This document shows positions 12,650-24,150 of a stretch of 64,000 bases of DNA, in pieces. The stretch lies in contig OZ076409.1 of the NCBI GenBank assembly GCA_964187785.1, positions 89,964,001 through 90,028,000 of the forward strand, written 5' to 3'. Below the pieces are notes generated by a model. It had not been told where the DNA came from. It saw only the letters and a program-made list of their open reading frames with translations, and searched no databases. Both the position numbers and the translations under genes were made by a program. This DNA comes from Amphiscolops sp. MND2022. Lineage: Eukaryota. How positions within the stretch are numbered: the first letter of the stretch is position 1; every line of letters starts with the position of its first letter.

Positions 12650-14688
12650 TGTCACAGTCCGCGCCCGGCCTGGATTGTGGTTGCCAAGAGGCGCAGTTTG
12701 GACGTGATCATGGATGCATTATGAAAACAGTTAGACTATAATATTAAACCGAAATAAACTGTGACCAGTTAAGATCATCAAAATCTAAAGTATGAAGGAA
12801 TTCATATCTTAATAAATTCCGAAATTATAGCATACATTTCCTGTCAAACGTAGTAATGACGGTAGACTCCTAATCATTTTGCTGCGAAATACAACCGAGA
12901 CATTTCATGGGAATTACTTGTCGCAAAAAGAACGAAACTACGTCAAAATTTAGGACTAAAGAAAACAAAAACAATTTGATAACCAATTAATTGACGGTAA
13001 AATACTTCCCTAACATCATCTTTTTCATTTTATCAAGCCCCCGAGAGCCATTCGTCCTATGAGAGTGGCCCTGTCACAGTCCGCGCCCGGACTAAATTGA
13101 ATTAAAAGCAAACTAAAACTAATATAGGTCACCGCTTCGCCAATACGATTGAATTTGCGTCGCGACTACGCTACGTCACAGCTATGGCAGCTAGCTAGAA
13201 TTTCATTCCAAAATGTGACGTCAGCATCTCGTCTAACTTGGCAGCTAGTCAGAAAATCATTCCAAAATATGACGTCAGCATCTCGTCTAAGTTGGCAGCT
13301 AGTCTAAAATTCATTCCAAAATATGCGTCAGCAACTCGTCAAACTTGGCAGATTGCCAAGCTAGCTGAGAAAACTTGTCAACGTGTTGTCGCAAATCCAT
13401 CAAAATAGCTGTTTTAATCCATCCAAGATACCAAATTTACGTCCACGCTACGTCCACTATAGTGGCGGACTAAGTCTAATAACAAATTCACGTCCACGCT
13501 ACGTGCACTATAATGGCGGACTAAGTCTAATACCAAATTTACGTCCACACTACGTCCCAAATTTGTCAAATTAGGCGTTTTAGTCAGTATTAAATTTAAA
13601 AGAAGCCTTATTTACTACGGTAAAACTAATCGAAGCTAGAATATGAATCAACGTCAACACTACGTCGCCATTCAACTAACCAATTCAAATTTTGAATCTA
13701 CGGCAACGCTTCGTCAACTAGTATACTAGAAGTTGAGAAAACACATTTCTACGTCAGTATTGCGTCGACTAAGATTGAATTCGAACGGAATATGGTATTT
13801 AAGCCAGTATTCTTCAGATTTACTTAAAATAACGGTGTTTTAACACGATTTAAATTGAAAAGTCACAGTTTATATTCTTTTTGTGTTAATGAAGTGAAGT
13901 CCAAGCTGGATTTTAAATGTACGTTTTGCTTACCTAATTTCATAAGTTCATATGCTGTTTGACGATGTCACGTCGTCTTTTATTGTTGCTCAAAGGTGTT
14001 GCTCCTAACTTTAATCAGATAAATGATTATCAATTGTTGAAAGATTTAATTGTTTAGCCTCATGTAAAACAGTCACTCTCTTAGCATCACCAAATTGTCT
14101 AAATCAAGATAATTAGTCATAATTTTCTTCAAGTGAAAATTCAAAATCAGGTATTAGTTGTTCACGTCAGCGTCATCTCCGCGTCGGTTTTTTACGAACC
14201 AAAGCAGAAAAACGGGGAAATATTTCCAGTTTGACAGACTGAAGTAATATCTACTTCCTGCTTGGGAGGAAACAAAAGGACGCCGGAATGAAATGATATG
14301 ATCATGGTTGATGACTAATACTAGATTAGAATTGCCGTGTCTTAAAAATTGACGAAATGCTGACGAAGATCAAAGTTTTGCCGCAAAATTACAGGAAGTG
14401 ACTAATATCTCGATGGAAATTAAAGTACGCGAGTATGAACAGATGATGCTACGAGGGTATATATAGCTTGTACCTGTAAACTCATTCATTCAATTTCTGA
14501 TTCAATCTGCTGTTTTGTATCAAATTCTACTTTGTTTTGTTAAAACAATTACTCTGCAAACTTCAATTCAAAATTGATAAATCCGAAAATCTTTCATCAA
14601 GAGAAGCTAGAAAAGAAGAATGTCCTTCAAAAAGCAACAAAAATAATCAGGAATGTACAGAACAACGACTCTAACAGGAGTCGTAACA
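12650..14688 (+). repeat. 5' LTR (2039 bp)
   Basis: TG...CA ends; near-identical to 16146-18184 (offset 3496); TATATATA at ~14458. Confidence 0.9.
13186..13560 (+). repeat. LTR-internal tandem repeats (54-bp and 51-bp units); repeated in the 3' LTR at +3496
   Basis: ggcagctag recurs at 13186, 13240 and 13294; 51-bp unit ataccaaatttacgtccacgctacgtccactatagtggcggactaagtcta occurs ~2.5 times. Confidence 0.85.
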
Positions 14689-14700
14689 TGGTGACAGGAG
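14689..14700 (+). promoter_or_regulatory. Primer-binding site (tRNA-Leu-like)
   Basis: TGGTGACAGGAG directly follows the LTR; one mismatch from the TGGTGTCAGGAG expected for a tRNA-Leu 3' end. Confidence 0.6.
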
Positions 14701-15371
14701 TTTTGGACCTTTCAACAAATGTACCCAAGAAAACCCCTCAGCTTAAACTACCGTCCAAAGAGCGTCCCTGCACAATGCGGAAACTTTTCGCCCCAGAAAC
14801 GAAGACGAACATACACTAATTGAGCAACGCAACCCAAACGGCAAATGGAGACTACTTGTTGACCGACTGATGATAAACGAGTTCAAATTCGACGACTACA
14901 CCAACAACACTCAACCCGTCAGTACATCGTCAGATGCAGTCCAACACCTGCCGAAGACATTGTTTACCACAACACGAGGTTCCAAAAGCTGGCAACATAC
15001 CCCTGGGGCGTTACCTTTGCCCAGAGTCAGGTGAATTAGCTCACATCGGTAAGTATAAAAAAAGAAAAACTAGACTCTTCCTGGGGCCGAGACGTGCGTT
15101 CGAAAGATGACAATGACGTAGTCTCTGAAGCACACATTCCCGAATCGACTTGTCAGAAAATCTAAGCTAGGAACATACAAAAGCGGAAATGGCCCATCTG
15201 CAGTTTCGTATGATTCACAAAAGCTTAATGGAACGGGGAATGTTACAAACCTAAGGGTTGTTAAATAACCAGCGCGTCGGCGTCACTAATATGCACATCT
15301 CCCTCAGAGAACAAAAATGAGTCTAATTATCACTTTGCAGATCATGATCTTTTAAGACCAAATTGATCTGG

Positions 15372-15650
15372 AAATGACGGGGTTATAACAGCCCATATAC
15401 AAAGACGACGCAAGATTGACGTCGCAAATGACCGGGTTATAACAGCCCATTTACAAAGACGACGCAGGATTGACGTCGCAAATGACCGGGTTATAACAGC
15501 CCATTTACAAAGACGACGCAAGATTGACGTCGCAAATGACCGGGTTATAACAACCCAATATAAAGAATGACGCAAGGTTGACGTCATAAATGACCAGGGT
15601 TAAAACAGCCCAATACTGATACGACGTCATTATGACGTCGACAGTGATCG
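15372..15650 (+). repeat. 54-bp tandem repeat, ~5 copies
   Basis: Unit aaatgaccgggttataacagcccatttacaaagacgacgcaagattgacgtcgc; appears as an 18-aa repeat in ORF 15342-15587. Confidence 0.9.
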
Positions 15651-16145
15651 AAAATAATAATTATATTAAAACAGAAAATAACAAATAAAATTCAAGTTGG
15701 CTAATCGCTAGCGAAATTGACGTCATCAAAACGGTGACAAAACCTAAAGTTGGCTAATTACCAACGAAATTGACGTCGGCAAAACGTCGACAAAAAGGTT
15801 ATCAGGGTAAAAAATTAATTCTATAATCTATAATGACGTCATCAAAACGGTGACAACTTCAGAAGTTAAAGGCTAACGAAATTGACGTCAGCAAAACGTT
15901 GACAACTTTGGTCAAACGAATTATTTTAATTCCTGGCCAAAAAAAACGTGACGTTGGCAAACCGTCAACACCTGGGACTATAAAAGAATTAAAAGACAGC
16001 TTCTACCACCTCCCAAAAAGTGCTATACCGAACTACAGAGTGGTACCGGAAATGTCACATTCCTCTGGGAAAGCGTACAACCAAAACAATCCTCTCTTCA
16101 GTTTCGACAACCCCACGAGATATCCTCATCCCATGAGAGTGGCCC

Positions 16146-18184
16146 TGTCACAGTCCGCGCCCGGCCTGGATTGTGGTTGCCAAGAGGCGCAGTTTGGACG
16201 TGATCATGGATGCATTATGAAAACAGTTAGACTATAATATTAAACCGAAATAAACTGTGACCAGTTAAGATCATCAAAATCTAAAGTATGAAGGAATTCA
16301 TATCTTAATAAATTCCGAAATTATAGCATACATTTCCTGTCAAACGTAGTAATGACGGTAGACTCCTAATCATTTTGCTGCGAAATACAACCGAGACATA
16401 TCATGGGAATTACTTGTCGCAAAAAGAACGAAACTACGTCAAAATTTAGGACTAAAGAAAACAAAAACAATTTGATAACCAATTATTTGACGGTAAAATA
16501 CTTCCCTAACATCATCTGTTTCATTTTATCAAGCCCCCGAGAACCATTCGTCCTATGAGAGTGGCCCTGTCACAGTCCGCGCCCGGACTGGATTGAATTA
16601 AAAGCAAACTAAAACTAATATAGGTCACCGCTTCGCCAATACGATTGAATTTGCGTCGCGACTACGCTACGTCACAGCTATGGCAGCTAGCTAGAATTTC
16701 ATTCCAAAATGTGACGTCAGCATCTCGTCTAACTTGGCAGCTAGTCAGAAAATCATTCCAAAATATGACGTCAGCATCTCGTCTAAGTTGGCAGCTAGTC
16801 TAAAATTCATTCCAAAATATGCGTCAGCAACTCGTCAAACTTGGCAGATTGCCAAGCTAGCTGAGAAAACTTGTCAACGTGTTGTCGCAAATCCATCAAA
16901 ATAGCTGTTTTAATCCATCCAAGATACCAAATTTACGTCCACGCTACGTCCACTATAGTGGCGGACTAAGTCTAATAACAAATTCACGTCCACGCTACGT
17001 GCACTATAATGGCGGACTAAGTCTAATACCAAATTTACGTCCACGATACGTCCCAAATTTGTCAAATGAGGCGTTTTAGTCAGTATTAAATTTAAAAGAA
17101 GCCTTATTTACTACGGTAAAACTAATCGAAGCTAGAATATGAATCAACGTCAACACTACGTCGCCATTTAACTAACCAAGTCAAATTTTGAATCTACGGC
17201 AACGCTTCGTCAATTAGTATACTAGAAGTTGAGAAAACACATTTCTACGTCAGTATTGCGTCGACTAAGATTGAATTCGAACGGAATATGGTATTTAAGC
17301 CAGTATTCTTCAGATTTACTTAAAATAACGGTGTTTTAACACGATTTAAATTGAAAAGTCACAGTTTATATTCTTTTTGTGTTAATGAAGTGAAGTCCAA
17401 GCTGGATTTTAAATGTACGTTTTGCTTACCTAATTTCATAAGTTCATATGCTGTTTGACGATGTCACGTCGTCTTTTATTGTTGCTCAAAGGTGTTGCTC
17501 CTAACTTTAATCAGATAAATGATTATCAATTGTTGAAAGATTTAATTGTTTAGCCTCATGTAAAACAGTCACTCTCTTAGCATCACCAAATTGTCTAAAT
17601 CAAGATAATTAGTCATAATTTTCTTCAAGTGAAAATTCAAAATCAGGTATTAGTTGTTCACGTCAGCGTCATCTCCGCGTCGGTTTTTTACGAACCAAAG
17701 CAGAAAAACGGGGAAATATTTCCAGTTTGACAGACTGAAGTAATATCTACTTCCTGCTTGGGAGGAAACAAAAGGACGCCGGAATGAAATGATATGATCA
17801 TGGTTGATGACTAATACTAGATTAGAATTGCCGTGTCTTAAAAATTGACGAAATGCTGACGAAGATCAAAGTTTTGCCGCAAAATTACAAGAAGTGACTA
17901 ATATCTCGATGGAAATTAAAGTACGCGAGTATGAACAGATGATGCTACGAGGGTATATATAGCTTGTACCTGTAAACTTATTCATTCAATTTCTGATTCA
18001 ATCTGCTGTTTTGTATCAAATTCTACTTTGTTTTGTTAAAACAATTACTCTGCAAACTTCAATTCAAAATTGATAATTCCGAAAATCTTTCATCAAGAGA
18101 AGCTAGAAAAGAAGAATGTCCTTCAAAAAGCAACAAAAATAATCAGGAATGTACAGAACAACGACTCTAACAGGAGTCGTAACA
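16146..18184 (+). repeat. 3' LTR (2039 bp)
   Basis: Matches the 5' LTR with scattered substitutions; followed by TSD ACCCT. Confidence 0.9.
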
Positions 18185-18564
18185 ACCCTTTGTTTTTCGG
18201 TGCTATGAGAATTTTTTTCTGATTTTTTTACCGCAGCCTTTTTTGATTTTCAGCAGAAATAAAACCCTTTATGCAGAAAAGAGCAAAAGAGGATATCTTT
18301 GGTTTTTTTGAAGTTTTCTGTCTTGGAGTGACTTCAAAAAATTTTTTGGTCCTATAGAACTGATGAGAGTTTTCTCATTAATTGTTTGTTTGCTTTTTGA
18401 TTACACAGTGTATCTGCTGGAACGAAACATCCAAAAACATTTCATACGAACCATTTGTGGTCCTGCTCTGACGAGCTTGAAATGTTTTTCGAACAATAAA
18501 AACGGTCCGGTGGTATTTTTATTTGGAACGTTTTAAACGGGCTACGCAGTTTATATATATACTC

Positions 18565-18881
18565 GAAATCACAACCCGTTGTTTTGTTCGTTTATAGCAC
18601 ATCGCGGTTTTTTCATTGACATTACTCAAAATCACATCGCGTTGTTTTTTTTCGATTAAATCACATCGCGTTGTTTTTCATTGAGAATACACAAAATCAC
18701 ATCGCGTTGTTTTTTTTCGATTAAGTCACATCGCGTTGATTTTTCATTGAGAATGCTCGAAATCACATCCCGCTGTTTGTCGTTGAATTTACTCGAAATC
18801 ACATCCCGCCGTTAATTTTCCGTTTAAATCACATCGCGCTGTTTCTTCATGGAGAATACTCGAAATCACATCGCGTTGTTT
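18565..18881 (+). repeat. Minisatellite with aaatcacatcgcgttgtttt core (~30-35-bp units)
   Basis: Core repeated ~10 times; resumes at ~19300 after an inserted element. Confidence 0.85.
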
Positions 18882-19277
18882 TTTAGTCGGCGCTTTTCGA
18901 AGAAAAACGCAGACTATAGTAGTGACTTTTTTAAAGACCAACGAACTGACAGATTTTATAAATTTTATAAGTTGGCACTAAACCGGCACTAACTAAACTG
19001 TGTCACACTACTTCACTGCCACTTGGCCACTACGGCTTTTTCGAGGTCTGACAAGCAGAATGACATGGGTTCGAGTCCCGCCATGACCAAAATTTTTTCA
19101 AAAAATCTGATTTTTCAAAAAAAAATCGGATTTCAAAAAAAATTTCAAAAAAATCGGATTTTTTTTTCAATTTTTTCTCAAACGGGTACTGTAGAAGAGA
19201 ATACTTGACACTTTGAAGTCCTTTTGTTATTTTTGAGCCTTAGATATGGCGCCGACTTGGGCCGTTCCCGGCTTGTT
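18882..19277 (-). mobile_element. Helentron-associated non-autonomous element (HINE/DINE-like)
   Basis: Ends ttttagtcggcgc... and ...gcgccgacttggccgttcccggcttgt are reverse complements of the ends of the 45458 and 49657 copies; inserted in a T-run of the minisatellite with no TSD. Confidence 0.65.
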
Positions 19278-19519
19278 TTTCATTGCGAATACTCGAACGA
19301 AATCACATCCCGTTGTTTTTTTGTCAATTAAACCCTCCTTGATGTTCCTATATTTACAACTAGATGCTGCTTTCGCTCTTTCTGATTTCACGTTTTTTTT
19401 CGAAAAGTATTTTTTTCATGAGCGGAATTGACTGTAAGATTTTAAATTGTCACGAATATCAACCCAGTATGTAGGACCTATATGACATTTTAAAGCGTAC
19501 ATTCCGGGATGTAAGCCAT

Positions 19520-19719
19520 NNNNNNNNNNNNNNNNNNNNNNNNNNNNNNNNNNNNNNNNNNNNNNNNNNNNNNNNNNNNNNNNNNNNNNNNNNNNNNNNN
19601 NNNNNNNNNNNNNNNNNNNNNNNNNNNNNNNNNNNNNNNNNNNNNNNNNNNNNNNNNNNNNNNNNNNNNNNNNNNNNNNNNNNNNNNNNNNNNNNNNNNN
19701 NNNNNNNNNNNNNNNNNNN
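19520..19719. other. Assembly gap (200 N)
   Basis: Run of N. Confidence 1.
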
Positions 19720-19766
19720 AGTCCCAAGATGGGGGAACCGTTTTGTAAGAAACTCTCTGGCCTGGT

Positions 19767-20942
19767 AGGCTCGCGCTTGTATTGCACGATCGTACTTTGT
19801 TTTTGACGTAGTTGAGCTTGGTGTGTGTTACGTCGCACCAAGTCATGAATCTCTTGTTGGAGAGCCAACACGTGATCGACGTACGCTTCATGCGTTTCGA
19901 AGGATTTGGCGGCAAATTCGGGGTACAGAAACGTGAGAGGAATGGCTTTCTCCATGCCCCGCGTTAACATGTAGGGTGAGAAGCCAGTGGTAGCGTGCCT
20001 CGTTGAATTATAGGCACCCATGACTTCGTCTAGACATTGGTCCCAGTCGCGCATGCGGCGGGAGCAAAAGACTCGCAGTAGGGTTAATAGTGTTCGATTT
20101 TGGCGTTCTACCAAGCCTTGGGTCCTGGGATGCCCTGCAGTGGAAGTCACTTTCGTGACGTGGGCTGCTTTCAGGAATTCATTGGATACTTCGGCAGTCA
20201 AGTTCGGAGCATTGTCTGATTGCATTCGAGTGGGTGTGCCATGACGGGCAAACCATTTCTGCAGCAACAACCGAGAGGTAGTTACAGCGTCATAGTCGTG
20301 ATGACTGCAAGGAACTGCTTCTGCGAACTTGGAGAAATGATCGATGATGGCCAAGATGCCAGTGTTGTTGTTGTCTGAGGGGCAGATCTTCAGATGGTCG
20401 TACTGGACCAGTTCATTGAAGTATCCGCTCTGGATGTTCTTCAGATGGAATCGGACGTCACCAGGCTTATCACGTACCTGTTGGCATGTGAGACATTGGC
20501 TAACATAACGACCCACGCTGCGGCGAATGCCAGGCCATGTGAGGCGTTCTTGTATTCGGGCTACCACTTTGGAGATGCCCTGGTGTCCCATGGCGTCGTG
20601 CGCACGGAACAAGATCTCGTGTTGATACAATTGAGGCATGATGATCATGCACGGATGTTCGTGCAAGGGGCGTTGGTTGGGGGAATACCGTACGCAGAGA
20701 ACATCATTTTTGTTGATGAACAAGAGATCTTTCTTCTGGCGGTAGTAGTTACGTGCGAACTCACGCACGTTCTCAGGAAAGATGTCGTGGTCAATGGACT
20801 CGCTCAGCACCAGTTTTTTTAGTGCCAGTACATGCATATCACGGTTTTGGGCTAAAACCAAATCCTTGATTCCATGCACGGTGTGAGTATGTTCGTGAAG
20901 TTCGGTGTCAATGTCTTTGAGGGCCATGATGGAGTCACGCAC
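19767..20942 (-). pseudogene. Gypsy integrase, C-terminally truncated
   Basis: HDAMGHQG...CLTCQ (HHCC), then VQYDHL, IIDHFSK, MQSDNA and GLVERQNRTL (DDE core); the frame joins LTR sequence after KREPTRP. Confidence 0.9.
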
Positions 20943-20957
20943 ACCCGAAGAAGTACT

Positions 20958-23900
20958 TTACAGGCTGGCGGCACTCGCTCCGGCAACTGGGTAGACAGTT
21001 CGCGAAGGTACGTTGAGAGCATGCGTCGGCAACAAATAATCTTCACGAGCCTCGGCGGTGACATCGATCCAGTCTTCCGGATAGTCTGGGTAGGACTCTT
21101 CGTTCGGTTGTAGTGCGAGAGGGGGTGGTGACGGCAAGGGCGCTGCCAGCGCTTTTGCTTGTTTCTCTCGCCGGGTTGCCCGTTGAGTGCGGCGAAGCAC
21201 GCGTAATACTGGGCTGGGAGCCTTAGGCTCCAGGTTCTGCAGATGCTCGGGGAGATCGGGATGATTCGGAATCACCCGACCTTGGAGGTCGAACCAGGGG
21301 GCAACAGGGAGCTTTTCGAATTCCTCAGCTGACACGAAAATCCAACGCTGTCCCGCGGCTGGCAGCTGCGCAAGTTGTTTCTCCCGGCATCGATATTCAT
21401 TAGTTCGCTTGCTCAACCCGTCGGCGTTGCGATGCTGAGTTCGTGGGCGGTGTTCCACGCGAACGTGATACTTCTCCAGGGTCATGATCCATCGGCCAAT
21501 CAGTGCTTGATCCGTGGAATATGTCTTTAACCAGGACAACGCTTGGTTGTCCACCCTCAGGGTGAACTTTCGTGGACAAACATAACTGTGGTACTTCACA
21601 ATGAAGTAGTAGGCTGCAAACATTTCCAATTTGGGAGCGCCATACTTGGCTTGTGTGGTCGTGAGTTTCTTGCTGCCATACACAATTGGTTTCGGGCGCC
21701 TTTCGCCAGGAGGACCTTGCCATTGGTGGAGGATGCCAGAGATGGCAACAGTGCTGGCGTCAGTGTCCAGCACGAACTCTCCTTCGGAATCGGGCTGCGC
21801 AAGCGCAGTCGCCTCGATCAGTGCTTTCTTGATTTCGTTGAATGCTTTTTGCTGTTCGGGACCCCAAGTGAACGTGACGTTGTGTCCAGTAACGGTGTGT
21901 AGGGGTGCGACTAATTTGGCGTGCCAGGGAATAAATTCGCGATAGTAATTGGCGAACCCCAGGAAGCTCTGCATTTCTGTTTTGTTGCGGGGAATCTCCC
22001 AGTCGCGCAATTTGGCAACGGCTTTCGGGTCTGGTTTCACGCCTTCCGCGGAGACGACACGTCACAAACATTTGATCTCCGACTTCATGAAATCGCACTT
22101 GGCTACGCGCATTTTGAAACCAGCTTCACGGAGGCACTCAAAGACTTCGCGTAGTCGTGCCATGTGGTCTTCCACAGTCTCGGTTGCAATCACAATGTCA
22201 TCGATGTAGGCCATCACCATGCTGCCTTCGCGGTTGACAATGTTCCGTAGCGCGCGCTATCGCTCGCTGGAAAGTGGCTGAAGCGTTACACATGCCGAAT
22301 GGCATTCGCCGCCACTGAAAAAGCCCTAATTCGCAAGCAAAAGCGGTTTTGTGACGATCCGCCTTTCGCACAGGAAATTGCCAAAATGCCCAGGCAAGGT
22401 CTATGCTGGTATAGATCTTGGCCTTACCCAGCCGGGCCAGGCTTTCATCTATGCGAGGCAAAGGGTAGGCATCTTCGATGGTCACCTCGTTTAACGGGCG
22501 GAAGTCGCAGCAGAAGCGTAACTCCCCGTTTTTCTTTTTTACCATCACAATGCCACTCGCCCAAGGAGACAGCGAGGGTCGTATCATTCTCAAGGCCAAC
22601 AGGTTCCGCACCTCTTGGTTGGCACGCTCAGCCTTTTCAGGGGACATCCTACGTGCACCTTCGCGATGCGGCACAGCCCCTGGCTCCACCTCTACGGTGT
22701 GTTTAGCGATAGTACAGCGGCCGATGTCAGCTTTGTGTTTCATGAACAAATCATCGAACTCATTAAGGATCCTATCGAGGGACTCGCAGGCGCTAGCGCC
22801 CCATAAATCCTTAACTTCTTGCAGCTGAGAGTCTGGTCCGGGAATCGGAGCCATTAGCTCTGGATCGGTACGTTTGCGAATTTCACGCTCCGAAAGTCCT
22901 GACTCACAAGGATCACTTGAGGATAAAAACTCAAATTCTGAAGAAGAAGTCAACTCAGAAGCAGTGGATAGATTCATTTCACTGTACACTTTACAAACAA
23001 AATTTGCTCGACCGTTGTCGGCGTTAGTTTCTTTACTGGTTGTTGTTGAAGAGCCCAGATTCTGAGGCACTGCCTGGTACACTAATGACACGGGTACTAC
23101 GGTGCCCAGTTGAATACCACACCGCACGCGTTGTGGGTTACTGGTGAGGTTTATCAGACTCACATACAATGTGCCTGTCTCACTGACAGTGGCCACGCTG
23201 TCCTCTAAAAAGACGACATTATGCAATGAAGTGTCAGACAAAGAGGCGTTGAGCGCTACGCTTTGGAAGATCATTGGCTCCAGCGCATCGGTGACGAGCT
23301 TAGCTCTAGCCACCGCTCGTTCGAAAGGCTGCAGGACTACGTCACAGTCCAGAACAACTGGGGTAGTTAATGAAGCGTCACCTACCTGTGCATGTGCATG
23401 ATGCCAGACAGGTTTCACTGGTGCTCGCACCACGATTTTCATGGAGGTAAGGTCCACTGAGACCTGGTAGGAGCGGAGGAAATTCCGCCCTAGGAGGAAG
23501 TCCTCCACACCCATAGCGTCATCCACTACGACGAAATTCATTTCAAGTTCGTATCCTCCCAATTGGAAGTGGATACGTTCTGCCAGGCCGTAGGTCTTCA
23601 TCGTCTTTCCATTGGCGGCATACAAGTCCACCTGGTATGGTTTCAGGACAGTACCGGTCTGCGCTGCCACTCTATTGAAAGCAGAAAAAGTCAATATGGA
23701 CACGCCAGAGCCAGTGTCCACCAGTCCTCGCAATGGAATAGGTGCCGCGTGGGGCACGACGAAAGAGACAACGAGCGACGCACGCTCATCTATACGTGCT
23801 TCACCAGTTGGTTCTTGGTGATTTATGTTGTAGCACTTCAGTTCTTGAGGGCCCAGGCATAGGCCAGGTGGGAATACATCCACCACCACGCAAGCTTCGA

Positions 23901-24144
23901 ACTTCACATCTACGCCATCCATCGTCGCGCAGACGGGCACTGGAGAGTACGTCGTCAGGGTTTTGGACTCTCCCGGAGCGTACCAGTCCTTTGGACGGGG
24001 CAATTCGACTCGTGTGTAGAGGATGGACAACTCGACCCAAAGTTTCGCGAGGGTCAGTGTTGGTCTGCGGACTTGTTCGGCAGCTAACAGTAAGTGGATA
24101 GATATTAGCGTTCGTCCTTGCGGATCGAATGTTGTAGGCTCCAA
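20958..24144 (-). pseudogene. Gypsy pol: protease, dUTPase-like spacer, RT, RNase H (frameshifted)
   Basis: LVDTGSG...FLLGRNFL protease; SPWASGIVMVKKK, FCCDFRPLN, IDLAWAFWQ, MPFGMCNA; YIDDI at ~22195-22209 in a shifted frame; RNase H LDTDAS, KLEMFA, RVDNQAL, NADGLS. Confidence 0.92.
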
Positions 24145-24150
24145 GCAGGT

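Larger units (their letters stand above)
12650..18184 (+). mobile_element. Non-autonomous LTR retroelement (LARD-like) with 2039-bp LTRs and a 1457-bp non-coding interior
   Basis: Direct repeats 12650-14688 and 16146-18184, each TGTCAC...GTAACA; 5-bp TSD ACCCT at 12645-12649 and 18185-18189; TGG-starting PBS right after the 5' LTR; purine-rich gagagtgg before the 3' LTR; no gag/pol motifs. Confidence 0.9.

Noticed and set aside
13186..15650. Regularly spaced repeats as a CRISPR array
   Set aside because: Units are contiguous tandem repeats without unique spacers; the context is a eukaryotic LTR element and no cas genes are present.
12650..18184. Simple 3.5-kb tandem duplication
   Set aside because: TG...CA ends, PBS and the ACCCT TSD identify paired LTRs.
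19416..19915. ORFs extending through X residues
   Set aside because: Artefact of translating across the N gap.
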